From the IMG/VR virus record IMGVR_UViG_3300023371_000094: a stretch of 64,000 nt of DNA. One strand, given 5' to 3'. The DNA is from a virus (Duplodnaviria; Heunggongvirae; Uroviricota; Caudoviricetes). This document shows positions 47,017-57,062 of this stretch, piece by piece (the first letter of the stretch is position 1; each line of letters begins with the position of its first letter). Made by a program: the position numbers and the translations under genes. The notes below the pieces were generated by a model, which searched no databases, was not told the origin of the DNA, and saw only the letters and a program-made list of their open reading frames with translations.

Positions 47017-48156
47017 TTATAGATTGTGCATAAGGAGGAACTGGTTGCTGATGCATTTAAAACTTGTTGTGTTGTCGTGATCTCGGATTACCAGTCCTTC
47101 GCGCAGCGTGTCGCAAAGAACTGATTTACCGTCCGCAAACTGAATCATATCGTTTACGGTTGGAAGCAAGATAAAGTTTTCATCGAGGATTGGCACCCAC
47201 TTGATACCGAATTCCTTAACGATGTTGATAGCCTCTGTGCTATCAATCTTTTTGCCGTCAACAACAAGGTTGAATGCATAGAAGTCTCTGCCGGTCAAAC
47301 CGTACTTATTCTTCTGGATTGACTCGCCGATTGTTTCTCCTTGAAGCACTACTGTCGTCGCGTTATATCTCTCAAGTATCGTCATCAAGACACTCTTGAT
47401 GTTGTACTTATTCGACATCTCGTGATAGACATTATCTTCGTAGAAACACTTTTGATTGATGTCAGCCTGTCGAACGTTACGAGAGCACACCGCGAAGTCG
47501 TATTTTCTTTTCTTTTCTTTTCTTAGACCGAAGCTCGTTGATGTACCGTCAAGCTTCTCGGTAACAACCATCGGCTTGTCCTTGAAAGTCTCAAGAACGA
47601 ACGGCATATTCTGCAAACGAGTTTCGTCAGTCTTCACGATCCAATCGGGGAAGCCTTTCGCTTTCTTTTTAGGGATGAAGAACTTGAACATAAGCTTTCT
47701 GAACCAAGTATATTTCATCATATACCTGATAAGCTTGTTGTTATATAGTTTTTTATGTTGCTGTTTGAAACGAGTCATCTGGTCTACGGGTTTAGCCTTC
47801 GGTACATCGTCCTCAATCTGGGTGATTTTCAAAACCGAAGTAACGTCGTCGCCAATGTTGTAGTCCGGGAAGGGAAGAATACCCATCGGGAAAACAATTC
47901 CCTGAGAAATCACGCCCTTCATCTTCATTGTCTTAATCTTGTAATGCTTCTTTTCGAGGAAAGCAAAGTCGGGATTATCCTTGTCTACAATACTGTCGAT
48001 TTCTATGTAAACGCACGGCTCGCCTACTTGGAACTCGTCCTTTTTGGCGATACACTGCCATCCGAGGACACCGACAAGCTCAATCCTGTCGGCACCCTCA
48101 ATAGGCTTTTTCCAGACGATTTGTTCAACATGAGCTAAAGCTCTTGCCATAACCAA
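47017..48156 (-). CDS. ATP-dependent RNA/polynucleotide ligase (KxDG nucleotidyltransferase superfamily)
   Basis: Motif I TEKLDGTS; 379 aa; sits in the RNA-repair gene set. Confidence 0.55.
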   Translation of the reverse strand: MVMARALAHVEQIVWKKPIEGADRIELVGVLGWQCIAKKDEFQVGEPCVYIEIDSIVDKDNPDFAFLEKKHYKIKTMKMKGVISQGIVFPMGILPFPDYNIGDDVTSVLKITQIEDDVPKAKPVDQMTRFKQQHKKLYNNKLIRYMMKYTWFRKLMFKFFIPKKKAKGFPDWIVKTDETRLQNMPFVLETFKDKPMVVTEKLDGTSTSFGLRKEKKRKYDFAVCSRNVRQADINQKCFYEDNVYHEMSNKYNIKSVLMTILERYNATTVVLQGETIGESIQKNKYGLTGRDFYAFNLVVDGKKIDSTEAINIVKEFGIKWVPILDENFILLPTVNDMIQFADGKSVLCDTLREGLVIRDHDNTTSFKCISNQFLLMHNL

Positions 48157-48172
48157 ATCTCCTTTATGTTTT

Positions 48173-49294
48173 TTATGTGGTGGGAACTACGATGGTTGCG
48201 GAACTGTCCGTCATAACATTGGGAAGCTCGCCGTCCCACTTAGCGAGATACTCCATATACTTGAGGTAATCGGTGATGACTGCAATCTCTTCAGCCGTCT
48301 TGCCCTCGAAGTCGATTACGTACTCGATAGAAGTAGTACCATCTTCGTTGGTAATGGTGGTTTCGTTGATTGTAAAGCCGAGAGTTCTTGCAATCTCGAT
48401 AGACTTAAGCTGAATAGCCTGAGCCTCGGCACGAGCAACCTCAACTTGTGCCTCACGGTCAGCCTGTGCCGCAATCAGCTTGGCTTCCGCCTGTGCTTTT
48501 GCGATCTCAATCTGAGCCTGCGCTTCCTTGAGTTTAGCCTGAGCTTCGCCCTCTGCCTTCTGTACGGCTGCCTTAGCCTCTGCCTCGGCGGCAGCGATCT
48601 TTGCAGCATTTTCATATTCCGCACGGAGCTGGTTCTGCTCGGCAATCATCTTATCTTCGACAGCGGTTTCAAATGCGTCGGAGAAATCAATGTTGGTTAA
48701 TACTACGGTTGCAATTGTGACGTGGTAATTATCTGCAATTGCGTTCTTGATTGCTTCCTCAACTCTTGGCGACATCGAAGCTCTGTCTGAGATGATGTCC
48801 ATAGCCTTGTAAGAGGAAAGAACAGACTTGGTCTTCTCAATTGCAATAGACTGAATTCTGCTCTGAAGAATTGCGAGAGAACCGTACTGTTTTGCGATAT
48901 CGATAACCTTATCACTCATAATCTGATACTGCAACGTCATTGCAATATCCATTGTCTGGGCATCACTTGAATATGCCGCCGTGGTAATCTCCACGTTCTG
49001 CACCTTTGCGTCGTAACGGTCGTAGGTGTTTAACATCCAGAAGTCAAAATATGTACCTGCTGTGCGTGTTTCTTTCGCCTAACCTAAGTGTTTAACGACT
49101 GCCACCTCTCCGGTGTCTACTGTTCTGAAGCTGAACGGCACGGTGATGAAGAGGAGCGCCATAACAACGGCGACTACAACACCAACAACCGTAAGCTTCG
49201 TGTTGTCATTCTCGCTGTGCTGATACACTGCGAAAATGATTCCTCCGATGCAAAGCACTGCAAAGAGGATTCCCAAAATAATTGCGATTGCCAT
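48173..49294 (-). pseudogene. SPFH/band-7 (prohibitin/HflK-like) membrane protein interrupted by a single in-frame TAG (ORFs 49079..49294 and 48173..49036 share a frame)
   Basis: The N-terminal TM plus TVDTGEVAVVKHLG-TAG-AKETRTAGTYFDFWMLNTYDRYDAKVQ reads straight through as the start of the SPFH domain (VV.RFGK...PGLHF pattern); Ala/Glu/Gln-rich coiled coil at the C-terminus. Confidence 0.6.
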
Positions 49295-49383
49295 AATAGT
49301 TCCTTTCTTTTTTTATGTAATTATATATATAATCTCTCATTCTTCGGCTAAACTGCCTCAGTTTAAGAGTTGTTTTTGGGGAT

Positions 49384-50016
49384 TTAATGCTTTTTGAAAA
49401 CGACGGACTGTCCCGCTTTGATTTTCCAACACTGCAAGCAGGTTGTGCAATCACCAGAACATTCGACCGCATCGGTCGGTATGATTCCCGTCTTTTCCTC
49501 ATCCTTAAATCTGACGTATGCCACAGGAAGCCTGTAAGGATTGTCAATCTTGAAGTCGGCACCCCAAGCGCTGAACACAATATTGAGGTTCTGCGGAAGA
49601 GCTCCGTGGTCTTTTATGTATTCGTTCACAATCTCAAACTTCTTGGTGAAAGCCAAGAAGGAGGTGAGAGGTAGTTGCTCCGCCACCTTAACCATATATT
49701 CGAAGTATTGCTTGTCCACAATATCTCCGGCGGCGTGCCATCGGAAGTAGGCATATGACACCATTCCGTTGTTAATTGCAAGCTTGATTTCCTCAAAGTA
49801 TTTCTCGGGGTTGGATTTGTAGTACTCGTAGTTTTGCTCCATCGACTTGCGAACATTCGCAAATCTGAAGTTGCCTCTCATAGCGTAACATTCTTTTACG
49901 CAAGGGCAGTTTTCTCTGCAAGTCACAACCGGTACCAGATTGACCGAGGGGATTAACCCGAGCTTGCTGTTCGTGGTTGATATTCTTACTGGCAATTTAT
50001 GACCTCCTTTGGACAT
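49384..50016 (-). CDS. Hypothetical Cys-rich protein
   Basis: CRENCPCVKECYA ... CSGDCTTCLQC. Confidence 0.4.
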   Translation of the reverse strand: MSKGGHKLPVRISTTNSKLGLIPSVNLVPVVTCRENCPCVKECYAMRGNFRFANVRKSMEQNYEYYKSNPEKYFEEIKLAINNGMVSYAYFRWHAAGDIVDKQYFEYMVKVAEQLPLTSFLAFTKKFEIVNEYIKDHGALPQNLNIVFSAWGADFKIDNPYRLPVAYVRFKDEEKTGIIPTDAVECSGDCTTCLQCWKIKAGQSVVFKKH

Positions 50017-50073
50017 ATTTTTAGTCCAAAGAGAGGTTTTATTTAATTGTCAGCCCTCTTTGGACTGTGATTG

Positions 50074-50577
50074 TTAGATGCCTAATTTTTTCTTAGCATC
50101 TTCGATTTTCTGATTAACTTCATCACGCTTTCTTCTTAGTTCAATCAAAGTTGCTTCTCTTTCACGGATTGCTTGAAGAGTAGAAATTAGCTGACTCGCG
50201 CTTACCACGTGGAAAGAACCACTTATAACATTGAGAAGATGCTCGTTATCATAACAAGTGGTGGAAGTAAAAAACCTTGATGGAATGATATGATTACAAG
50301 CGTAAAAGAAATCCATAACGGGCTTTACATCGATAAGCTCTTGTGCCTTGATTTCCAAATCAATTTTTTCGATTTCCTCTTTCCATACCCGAATTGAAAC
50401 TATAAGATTACACTCTTTATTATCATTCGAATAGGCGGGGCACGGAACCGCATTCTTGTCAAGCTTGAACTTTGTTGGTTTCTTATCTGCGGTATGAGTG
50501 CATCGTTTGCATCTGCTTGTCATCCCGCGGTTTTTACATTCGTCACAAGAATATGTCTTCATACCTGCGACCTCCAA
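50074..50577 (-). CDS. Hypothetical protein with an N-terminal Zn-ribbon
   Basis: YSCDECKNRGMTSRCKRCTHT. Confidence 0.4.
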   Translation of the reverse strand: MEVAGMKTYSCDECKNRGMTSRCKRCTHTADKKPTKFKLDKNAVPCPAYSNDNKECNLIVSIRVWKEEIEKIDLEIKAQELIDVKPVMDFFYACNHIIPSRFFTSTTCYDNEHLLNVISGSFHVVSASQLISTLQAIREREATLIELRRKRDEVNQKIEDAKKKLGI

Positions 50578-51387
50578 TTAGGCTTCGTGGCGAAGTAGAT
50601 GATTGGCAACATACTCACGATCCTGTGTAAAGATCGGTGGTTCAGCATCTACTACCCACTTGCCCTCTTCGTTTTTATAGCAACATACGCCACGCTTGAA
50701 AGCGGTAGGCATATCGTTGAAATTGATTTGTTTTTGCTCCATAAGCATATCCTGAATGGCATTACAGGATTTGCCGTTCAATTCTTTGTGAGAGAAATTA
50801 CACTGTCCAAGCATCTGAATTGCATTTCTCGTTGCATCCTGCTGACGCCAAATGAAGCAGTTGACTACCTCGTCTTCAGGGATATTGAAGCAACGCGAGT
50901 CGAACATAGCTCCTTTGCAATATGCTTTTACATAAGCATCGTGAAGCCTTTTCTGTTTTTCATCGACGGGCGTATCACTACCGTCGTGCCAAACAGATAC
51001 TTCGTGTCTGTATACGGCGGTATGTAAACGTTGATTAAATACCAAAGTCGCCATACTTGCCGAAACACTACACATCTTCTGGACTGCGTTGTCAAACCAA
51101 GCATCGGTCGTAAGCGTGTCGTAATCCGTCAGCAAAAGAGTAATTTCATCCGACTGTGTATAGCCGAATTTACATCCTTGTATGTTTTCACAAAGAAAGC
51201 GCAGGGTTTCGTTCATCGCCCAGTGGAACACTTCGTCGTAAGGCTTATCAAAGCCTCTGGTAAATGTATGGAATGCCTTACCGTCAAGGCGGATGATTAC
51301 AGGCATCCTGCGAACCAAGTAAGTTTTTGCTCGGTTCTCGTAATTTTCTTTCATTCTGTCTCCGAGAGAATCTTTGCGATTACTCAT
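50578..51387 (-). CDS. Thg1-like protein (tRNA-His guanylyltransferase family, 3'-5' polymerase)
   Basis: MPVIIRLDGKAFHTFTRGF is the Thg1 N-terminal catalytic signature. Confidence 0.7.
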   Translation of the reverse strand: MSNRKDSLGDRMKENYENRAKTYLVRRMPVIIRLDGKAFHTFTRGFDKPYDEVFHWAMNETLRFLCENIQGCKFGYTQSDEITLLLTDYDTLTTDAWFDNAVQKMCSVSASMATLVFNQRLHTAVYRHEVSVWHDGSDTPVDEKQKRLHDAYVKAYCKGAMFDSRCFNIPEDEVVNCFIWRQQDATRNAIQMLGQCNFSHKELNGKSCNAIQDMLMEQKQINFNDMPTAFKRGVCCYKNEEGKWVVDAEPPIFTQDREYVANHLLRHEA

Positions 51388-52131
51388 TTACTCTCCCTCC
51401 TTTGGTCTGCATTTGCTTGGCTCTAATTTCATAGAGTGCCATATCGGCAAAGTGTGCTCGATACTTTTGTGACAACTGTTCAAGTATTCGAGTACTGGTT
51501 TGGTATTCTTGAGCCAATACTCAAAACGAGCTTCCATCGCAGATTCACTGCGATCAGACCAGATCTGGTCGTAGATTCTTTTCTTAATTGCTTCTTCATC
51601 GGTTACAAACGTAGCACCGATAGGAAAGTAGCAAGGTAAAATCTCAGATTTAATACCGCAACTCTCTTCGGTAACCCATATATGTTTCGTGGATATAACC
51701 TCTCTTGCATTGCCGATAAAGTACACATCCAAGTTATAATACTCGGGATATTCCCCGGTATCGATAAAGGTGTGAGTTACTTGGAGCATTTGCTCGTAGT
51801 AATCGAAACACCACATCGGGAACGATGTTTTATCCCAAGTACGCAAATATTGTCTGAAGTCGTGTATCCAGCCGTCGAAATATCTTAGGCGTGCACGCTC
51901 CATATCTGTCAGCTCGTCGCAACGCCAAATCAAATCGCACCAGATTTCCGTCAGGTGGTATAAGAGATATTTGTAATCACTTATGTATTCACTCGCAAAG
52001 GATGTGCGAAATGGATGTTCTTTGATTTGATCGTGGCATTTGCTTAACCTCGATAAAATATCTTGCTTTGCAGAACTCATATTGCCCTCCTGCTTACTGA
52101 AGAGTGTAGGGCATAGCTCTTTTGTGCGCAC
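51388..52131 (-). CDS. Hypothetical protein
   Basis: ORF. Confidence 0.4.
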   Translation of the reverse strand: MRTKELCPTLFSKQEGNMSSAKQDILSRLSKCHDQIKEHPFRTSFASEYISDYKYLLYHLTEIWCDLIWRCDELTDMERARLRYFDGWIHDFRQYLRTWDKTSFPMWCFDYYEQMLQVTHTFIDTGEYPEYYNLDVYFIGNAREVISTKHIWVTEESCGIKSEILPCYFPIGATFVTDEEAIKKRIYDQIWSDRSESAMEARFEYWLKNTKPVLEYLNSCHKSIEHTLPIWHSMKLEPSKCRPKEGE

Positions 52132-52810
52132 TCATTGCGTGGAGAAGGCTGATCGCCTCAGTGCTTTCAATTTCACCTCTGATGACTCCGTCAAGATACT
52201 CATAAGTAAATCCGAAGTTATCCTCGTCAGTCATTCCTGTTAAACCGTCCGATGGAGCTTTGCTGATATACTTCTGGTCAAGCCCGAACTCTGCCGCAAG
52301 TTCCTTGCCGATTTCCACAACTTCGGTGCAGGTCAAATGGTAAATGGGGTTAAGGTCGTATGCGCTATCGCCCCACTTGGTCGTCCAACCGATGTATGCT
52401 TCACTCGCATTGCCGGTGCCGATAACTCTGTATCCCAAGCTTTGAGCAATGGCGTAAAGAGTGGTCATTCTGATTCTCGGCGGGATGTTTGTGATTGCCT
52501 TCTGACTTACGTTTGCAAAGGGAACAGAGGAATTGATTGTGTGAATCATTTGCCCTGTAATGGCACCGATATTCACCAGTGCACTCTGGATTTTCAGCGT
52601 GTTACAGATAGCGACGGAGTCATTGAGGTCAACCTGTCCACCGTCGGGCATCATAACACCAACAACGTTGTCGCCCCAAACTTTCTTAGCAAGCATAGCA
52701 ACAACTGTGCTGTCTTTGCCACCGCTAATGCCAAGCACAACGCCCTTGCAATTGGTAGCATTCTTGTAATCCTCAAGCCAACTGAGGATTTTTGTAAGTT
52801 TTTCTTTCAT
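52094..52810 (-). CDS. nadE: NH3-dependent NAD+ synthetase
   Basis: PP-loop VVLGISGGKDSTVVA. Confidence 0.85.
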   Translation of the reverse strand: MKEKLTKILSWLEDYKNATNCKGVVLGISGGKDSTVVAMLAKKVWGDNVVGVMMPDGGQVDLNDSVAICNTLKIQSALVNIGAITGQMIHTINSSVPFANVSQKAITNIPPRIRMTTLYAIAQSLGYRVIGTGNASEAYIGWTTKWGDSAYDLNPIYHLTCTEVVEIGKELAAEFGLDQKYISKAPSDGLTGMTDEDNFGFTYEYLDGVIRGEIESTEAISLLHAMSAHKRAMPYTLQ

Positions 52811-52825
52811 AAAAGCTCCTTGTAT

Positions 52826-53110
52826 TCAATACAGTATCCTCCAGTATTCAGAACGTTTGCGATATCCATTCCCTTTTTGAGGAAGGTCAGCAGAACGTCT
52901 GACTCTACGGTTGGATTGCTTTTTTAAGTATTTTTGTGCGTCGGAGTTCTTCGGGTACTTAATGTATTTGCCTGTGGGTTGCCACACTCCGTCAACCTCA
53001 TCCCAGTCGATGTAACCAGCGTGAGGAATATAACCGCACTTTGTTATGATTTTGCGAAGGCGATTGTCCTTCTTGTTTTTCATCCTTCGCCTATAAGCTC
53101 GATTTCTCAT
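52826..53110 (-). CDS. Hypothetical basic protein
   Basis: ORF. Confidence 0.35.
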   Translation of the reverse strand: MRNRAYRRRMKNKKDNRLRKIITKCGYIPHAGYIDWDEVDGVWQPTGKYIKYPKNSDAQKYLKKQSNRRVRRSADLPQKGNGYRKRSEYWRILY

Positions 53111-53187
53111 ATGGTGCCTCCGTACATTCCGAACAATAGATTGTATTGTTCGGTATTATTCGGGGTATTGTTCGGAACATTATTCCG

Positions 53188-53658
53188 TTAAACGTTTAGT
53201 TCCCAAACCTCAACGTCCCAGCCATCTTCAGAAAATGCTTCCTCGATAAGCTCTTTGACAACACTCCAGTCGCCACCAGCAAGTCCGCATCCAATCTTAG
53301 CAGGGAAGCCAATCTTGTAGATAGACTTGATATGGCAGAAGCTTTTAATCATCGCAAGGCAACTCTTAAATGCTTCGTAGTTGGTATGTTGAATACCGCG
53401 CGGAAGATATTCTCTCTGCGAATACATATTGATGACGAAACGCAGAGAGCCATTTTCTGTTTCCACAGGAACGATATCGATTTCGCCGAGCTTAGCCTCG
53501 CCTTTCTCGAACCGTTCTCTGAGCGCTTTGTAAGAGTCGGGATAAAGGGCTCGAATTGTCTTTGCAATACCCGAGCCCATAACTCCCATACAGTTGGTTT
53601 GATGGCAGATCACATTGCAGGAGCTTTTGATTAAATCTCCTTGGTGATATGTAACCAT
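53188..53658 (-). CDS. Macro-domain protein (ADP-ribose binding/processing)
   Basis: GDLIKSSCNVICHQTNCMGVMGSGIAKTI ... GFPAKIGCGLAGGDW is typical of macro/Appr-1-p processing domains. Confidence 0.7.
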   Translation of the reverse strand: MVTYHQGDLIKSSCNVICHQTNCMGVMGSGIAKTIRALYPDSYKALRERFEKGEAKLGEIDIVPVETENGSLRFVINMYSQREYLPRGIQHTNYEAFKSCLAMIKSFCHIKSIYKIGFPAKIGCGLAGGDWSVVKELIEEAFSEDGWDVEVWELNV

Positions 53659-55160
53659 CAGAACTTACCTCCGTGGAGTCTGTCGCGGATTTCCTTGAGG
53701 GAATATTCCTTCTCCATCTGACCGTCGCAGAAAACAAACTCCATAAGATTGTTTTCGTCCTCAACGGTTTCGAGGTAGGTGTGCATATCTTCTGCCACAA
53801 GCTCGCCCTCGTGCTCCTTAACGATTACACAACCCTTGTGGGACTTCTTGAAGGAAGATTCCTTGGGGTTCTTAAAAATCGGGATAGGCGCACCGTTCTC
53901 GTCTTCAGCATAAGTTGCCTTGATGGCAATGCCAAAGGTGTCTCTGGTGTAGGGGTTGTATGTGGTCAAGGGATCTCCGTTGAATAAATCGATAGTTTCC
54001 AAGCACTGCATCGAAAAGCTTCCGACGCCAAGAGAAACATTGCTTGCGGCAAACCCGTTTTCAACGAGGATACTGTAGATTGCTTTGGCTCTCTGTGGTG
54101 TAATGCTATCGCCATAGATTGCCTTGACGTGGGGATCGAGAACCTTGTAGCCCTTCGAATTAACAGTTCCGCCGAAGATGTTCCAAAGGTGGAACACGGT
54201 TTGCGTTACGACCTCTACAGGATCGCCGGAGTCGCCTCTCACGAGAAGACATCCGTTGTGATTCATAATCTCGTTCTTGCACAAGGGAAGAAGATTGTCT
54301 ACGAGATTCCAGTAGTCGTAGCTATCGCTGACCATACTGAAAGAGGTGTTGGGGTAAATTTCGGTGAGCAAGCGCTTAATCATTGTGATTTCATCGCCGT
54401 CAACCGCGAAATTGCTACACATTACGGAGTGCTCGGTGGAAACGGCGCCAAAGCCAACCTCTTCCTTTGAGCAATCGCAACCATAATATCTCTCAAGATA
54501 GTCGATTGCGGGAACGGTAGCGGTGTTTACGAAAGAGAGAAGCCACGCTGCAGATGATTTGTATGCGCTTCTCTTGGACTCCTGACCTCTCATCGAGAAG
54601 TCACCAAGAGCTTTTCTGCGGGGGATATTGTCATCACAACTCAAATCGTAATACTTGTTTACGATCTGACGGTACATATATCCGACATTCGCAGAAATCA
54701 TAGCGTGCCACATCTCGCAACTGATTACCGACTCAATCGCATTGGTGAGCCAAGCAAACTTGGGATGTGTGTTGCTGATCTCAAACATAGGAACTCCTAC
54801 GGGGACTCTCGTTCCTTCGGGGAGTGCCTTAATTTCGAGAGGGAGATAACCGAGCTCGTGAAGCTCTGCAATTCTTTCCTCTCCGTAGAGCCCTGCACCG
54901 AGGGTGTTATCCATCAAGTGCTTGTACTCTGCCATAACCTCTTCCTTTGAGCGAGCGAAGAAGAACTCGTTGAAGTCCTCGATTAAGAACTCCTTGATGA
55001 ACGACTGTAAACCGAACATAATGATGTGGTTTTCTCCCACATTCTTAAGGCGGCTCATACGAGGCGTGAAGTAGCTCACAACCTTTGTAACGTTCTTTGG
55101 GTACTGGTTCCAGTGAACCTGCTTGTAGAAATCGCTTTCAAGCAAAGGGTTAATTCGGTA
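53658..55160 (-). CDS. Nicotinamide phosphoribosyltransferase-like enzyme (NAMPT/NadV family, possibly nicotinamide-ADPR transferase)
   Basis: N-terminal DFYKQVHWNQYPKNVTKVVSYFTPR signature; about 500 aa; probable start MYRINPLL (55160). Confidence 0.8.
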   Translation of the reverse strand, partial: YRINPLLESDFYKQVHWNQYPKNVTKVVSYFTPRMSRLKNVGENHIIMFGLQSFIKEFLIEDFNEFFFARSKEEVMAEYKHLMDNTLGAGLYGEERIAELHELGYLPLEIKALPEGTRVPVGVPMFEISNTHPKFAWLTNAIESVISCEMWHAMISANVGYMYRQIVNKYYDLSCDDNIPRRKALGDFSMRGQESKRSAYKSSAAWLLSFVNTATVPAIDYLERYYGCDCSKEEVGFGAVSTEHSVMCSNFAVDGDEITMIKRLLTEIYPNTSFSMVSDSYDYWNLVDNLLPLCKNEIMNHNGCLLVRGDSGDPVEVVTQTVFHLWNIFGGTVNSKGYKVLDPHVKAIYGDSITPQRAKAIYSILVENGFAASNVSLGVGSFSMQCLETIDLFNGDPLTTYNPYTRDTFGIAIKATYAEDENGAPIPIFKNPKESSFKKSHKGCVIVKEHEGELVAEDMHTYLETVEDENNLMEFVFCDGQMEKEYSLKEIRDRLHGGKF

Positions 55161-55962
55161 CATTGACTCTACCTTCTCTAAAGCTCTTGATAATCTGAAT
55201 TTTGGGGTGCTGGACAGTGCAGATACTGTCGGTTGTATACACCATATCAACCCAGTCAAGAACTTCGCCTTTCAAAATATTGTTTTCACAGTGCGAAATG
55301 TAGAGAATAATCTTCTCGACACCGCGCTTCTTCAGTTCTTTTGCGGCGGCAACAAATGTGCCACCATAACTACAAATGTCATCACGGATGATGACGTTCT
55401 TAGTCCCCTCAACAAAGTTAAGAAGCTCATATCCGTCGATTCTTCCTTCTTCGTTGCGATGCTTGTTTCCGATGATAGGATTAGCGACATCTTCTTGAGA
55501 GCCGTACTTCTTAGCCGCACCGGCATCAGGGTACATAACCGTATAAACATCACCGCTATTCCTCGTGAGATCGGTATCGGGATAAAAGATGGAGCGCATA
55601 GGTACTACTCTGTCAAGTACCGCGAGAGAAACATCCGAGTGGGGATCCAGCACGAACACCTTGCGGAAGTTCATAGCATTGATTGCCTTTGCAAAATACT
55701 TCAAGGTGAATAGTCTATGGCTTACCTCACGGTCTTGTCTTGCGTGAGGAATGTACGGCATAGCCAAGTTCAGCGTAATGTCGGGATATCTGTCCCTGAT
55801 ATAGCAAACAAGGCTCCAGAGAGTAAATAACTCTGCATCGTTATCGTAACACCAAGTGATAACGATAAGACTGCCTGCGGAATTGATCGGCGGCAGGGCA
55901 CACTTTAAAGTGCCGTCACCAAAGCAATCCTGTTCGATAACGTGGTCGTTTAGTTTAATCAT
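55150..55962 (-). CDS. Ribose-phosphate pyrophosphokinase-like enzyme (PRPP synthetase family, possibly ADPR-pyrophosphate synthetase)
   Basis: PRPP-binding loop NVIIRDDICSYGGTF; 270 aa; adjacent to the NAMPT-like gene. Confidence 0.7.
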   Translation of the reverse strand: MIKLNDHVIEQDCFGDGTLKCALPPINSAGSLIVITWCYDNDAELFTLWSLVCYIRDRYPDITLNLAMPYIPHARQDREVSHRLFTLKYFAKAINAMNFRKVFVLDPHSDVSLAVLDRVVPMRSIFYPDTDLTRNSGDVYTVMYPDAGAAKKYGSQEDVANPIIGNKHRNEEGRIDGYELLNFVEGTKNVIIRDDICSYGGTFVAAAKELKKRGVEKIILYISHCENNILKGEVLDWVDMVYTTDSICTVQHPKIQIIKSFREGRVNVPN

Positions 55963-56471
55963 TACACTACCTCGACCTGACAGCTACGCATTACTTCCAA
56001 TGCTGCGAGATGCTTTTCCTCGGAAAGACCGGCACAAAGATTTGCGTGAACTTTGATGGAAAGAGCAGGGTAGAGCGCCTTCAAGAGAAGTACGTTGCTT
56101 ACAACGCAGATGTCTGTGCAGGTTCCTACAACCTCAACCTCGTCGTAAGTACCGAGATTCCAATCTCTGGGCATACCGAAGGTGGGCTTATCGAGATATC
56201 TGAAATCCTGCTTTGTTTTAATAGCAGCTTCAATCTCGGGAACAACCTTCCATCCGTCGGTGTTCTTGATGCAATGCTCTACGGGAAGCTTAACACCCTC
56301 GGGAGATTTCAGATAATCTGCATCGTGAGTGTCTCTGGTTGCGATAATTGTGCCATCGAATGACTTAACTTTTTTTGCGATAGGCTTTACGATTGCTTCT
56401 GCGGCGGGATTTGCCAAAGCACCAGTCACAAAGTCGTTCTGCATATCGATGACGATTAAAGCTTTCTTCAT
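55962..56471 (-). CDS. pncA: Nicotinamidase / isochorismatase-family cysteine hydrolase
   Basis: ALIVIDMQNDF, catalytic Cys in GTCTDICV. Confidence 0.75.
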   Translation of the reverse strand: MKKALIVIDMQNDFVTGALANPAAEAIVKPIAKKVKSFDGTIIATRDTHDADYLKSPEGVKLPVEHCIKNTDGWKVVPEIEAAIKTKQDFRYLDKPTFGMPRDWNLGTYDEVEVVGTCTDICVVSNVLLLKALYPALSIKVHANLCAGLSEEKHLAALEVMRSCQVEVV

Positions 56472-56497
56472 AAGTGTATCCTCCTATATTGATTTTT

Positions 56498-56573
56498 TGG
56501 TCGGAGCAACGGGACTCGAACCCACAACATCTCGCTCCCAAAGCGAGAGCTCTACCATTGAACTATGCCCCGA
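56498..56573 (-). tRNA. tRNA-Pro (anticodon TGG)
   Basis: Manual cloverleaf: anticodon loop TTTGGGA, GGTTCGAGTCC T-arm, CCA encoded. Confidence 0.75.
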
Positions 56574-56574
56574 T

Positions 56575-56656
56575 TGGTACCCGTGGAGAGACTCGAACTC
56601 TCACTCTTACGAACCAGATCCTAAGTCTGGCGTGTCTACCAATTCCACCACACGGG
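56575..56656 (-). tRNA. tRNA-Leu (anticodon TAG), long variable arm
   Basis: Anticodon loop CTTAGGA; long variable arm; GGAATTGGTAGAC D-arm. Confidence 0.75.
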
Positions 56657-56658
56657 CG

Positions 56659-56733
56659 TGGAGTGAGTAACGAGAATCGAACTCGCATCCCCTGCTTGGA
56701 AGGCAGGTGTCTTAGCCGTTAGACGATACCCAC
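56659..56733 (-). tRNA. tRNA-Gly (anticodon TCC)
   Basis: Anticodon loop CTTCCAA; GAGTTCGATTCTC T-arm. Confidence 0.75.
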
Positions 56734-56736
56734 AAA

Positions 56737-56812
56737 TGGTGTTCGCGAGAGGACTCGAACCTCCGACTCCCTGATTAAAAGTCAGGTGCTCTACCGGCTG
56801 AGCTACGCGAAC
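56737..56812 (-). tRNA. tRNA-Lys (anticodon TTT)
   Basis: Anticodon loop CTTTTAA. Confidence 0.75.
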
Positions 56813-57062
56813 ATATTCAAGACACACCGCCATCCTTCCCGGACAATGACGTTGGGTGAGGATATAGCCTTGCGACGTCGCTTCTTACTACAGGCTACAT
56901 CGTAAGAGCAACAGAGAATGTTTAATTCTCAATCATTCGACTTTGCCGACAGTCATCTGGTTCTTAAACCAGTAATCAGTGAGTTTTAGGAGCTCACGTC
57001 CCATAGCATTATACTTACTATCCTGTTAATTTAATTTGAAAGTTGCTGTGTGTGTCTTTCTT

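Noticed and set aside
56329-56833. Plus- and minus-strand ORFs (56329..56670, 56474..56722, 56636..56833, 57043..57409) across the tRNA array
   Set aside because: They overlap well-formed tRNA genes on the opposite strand and are spurious.
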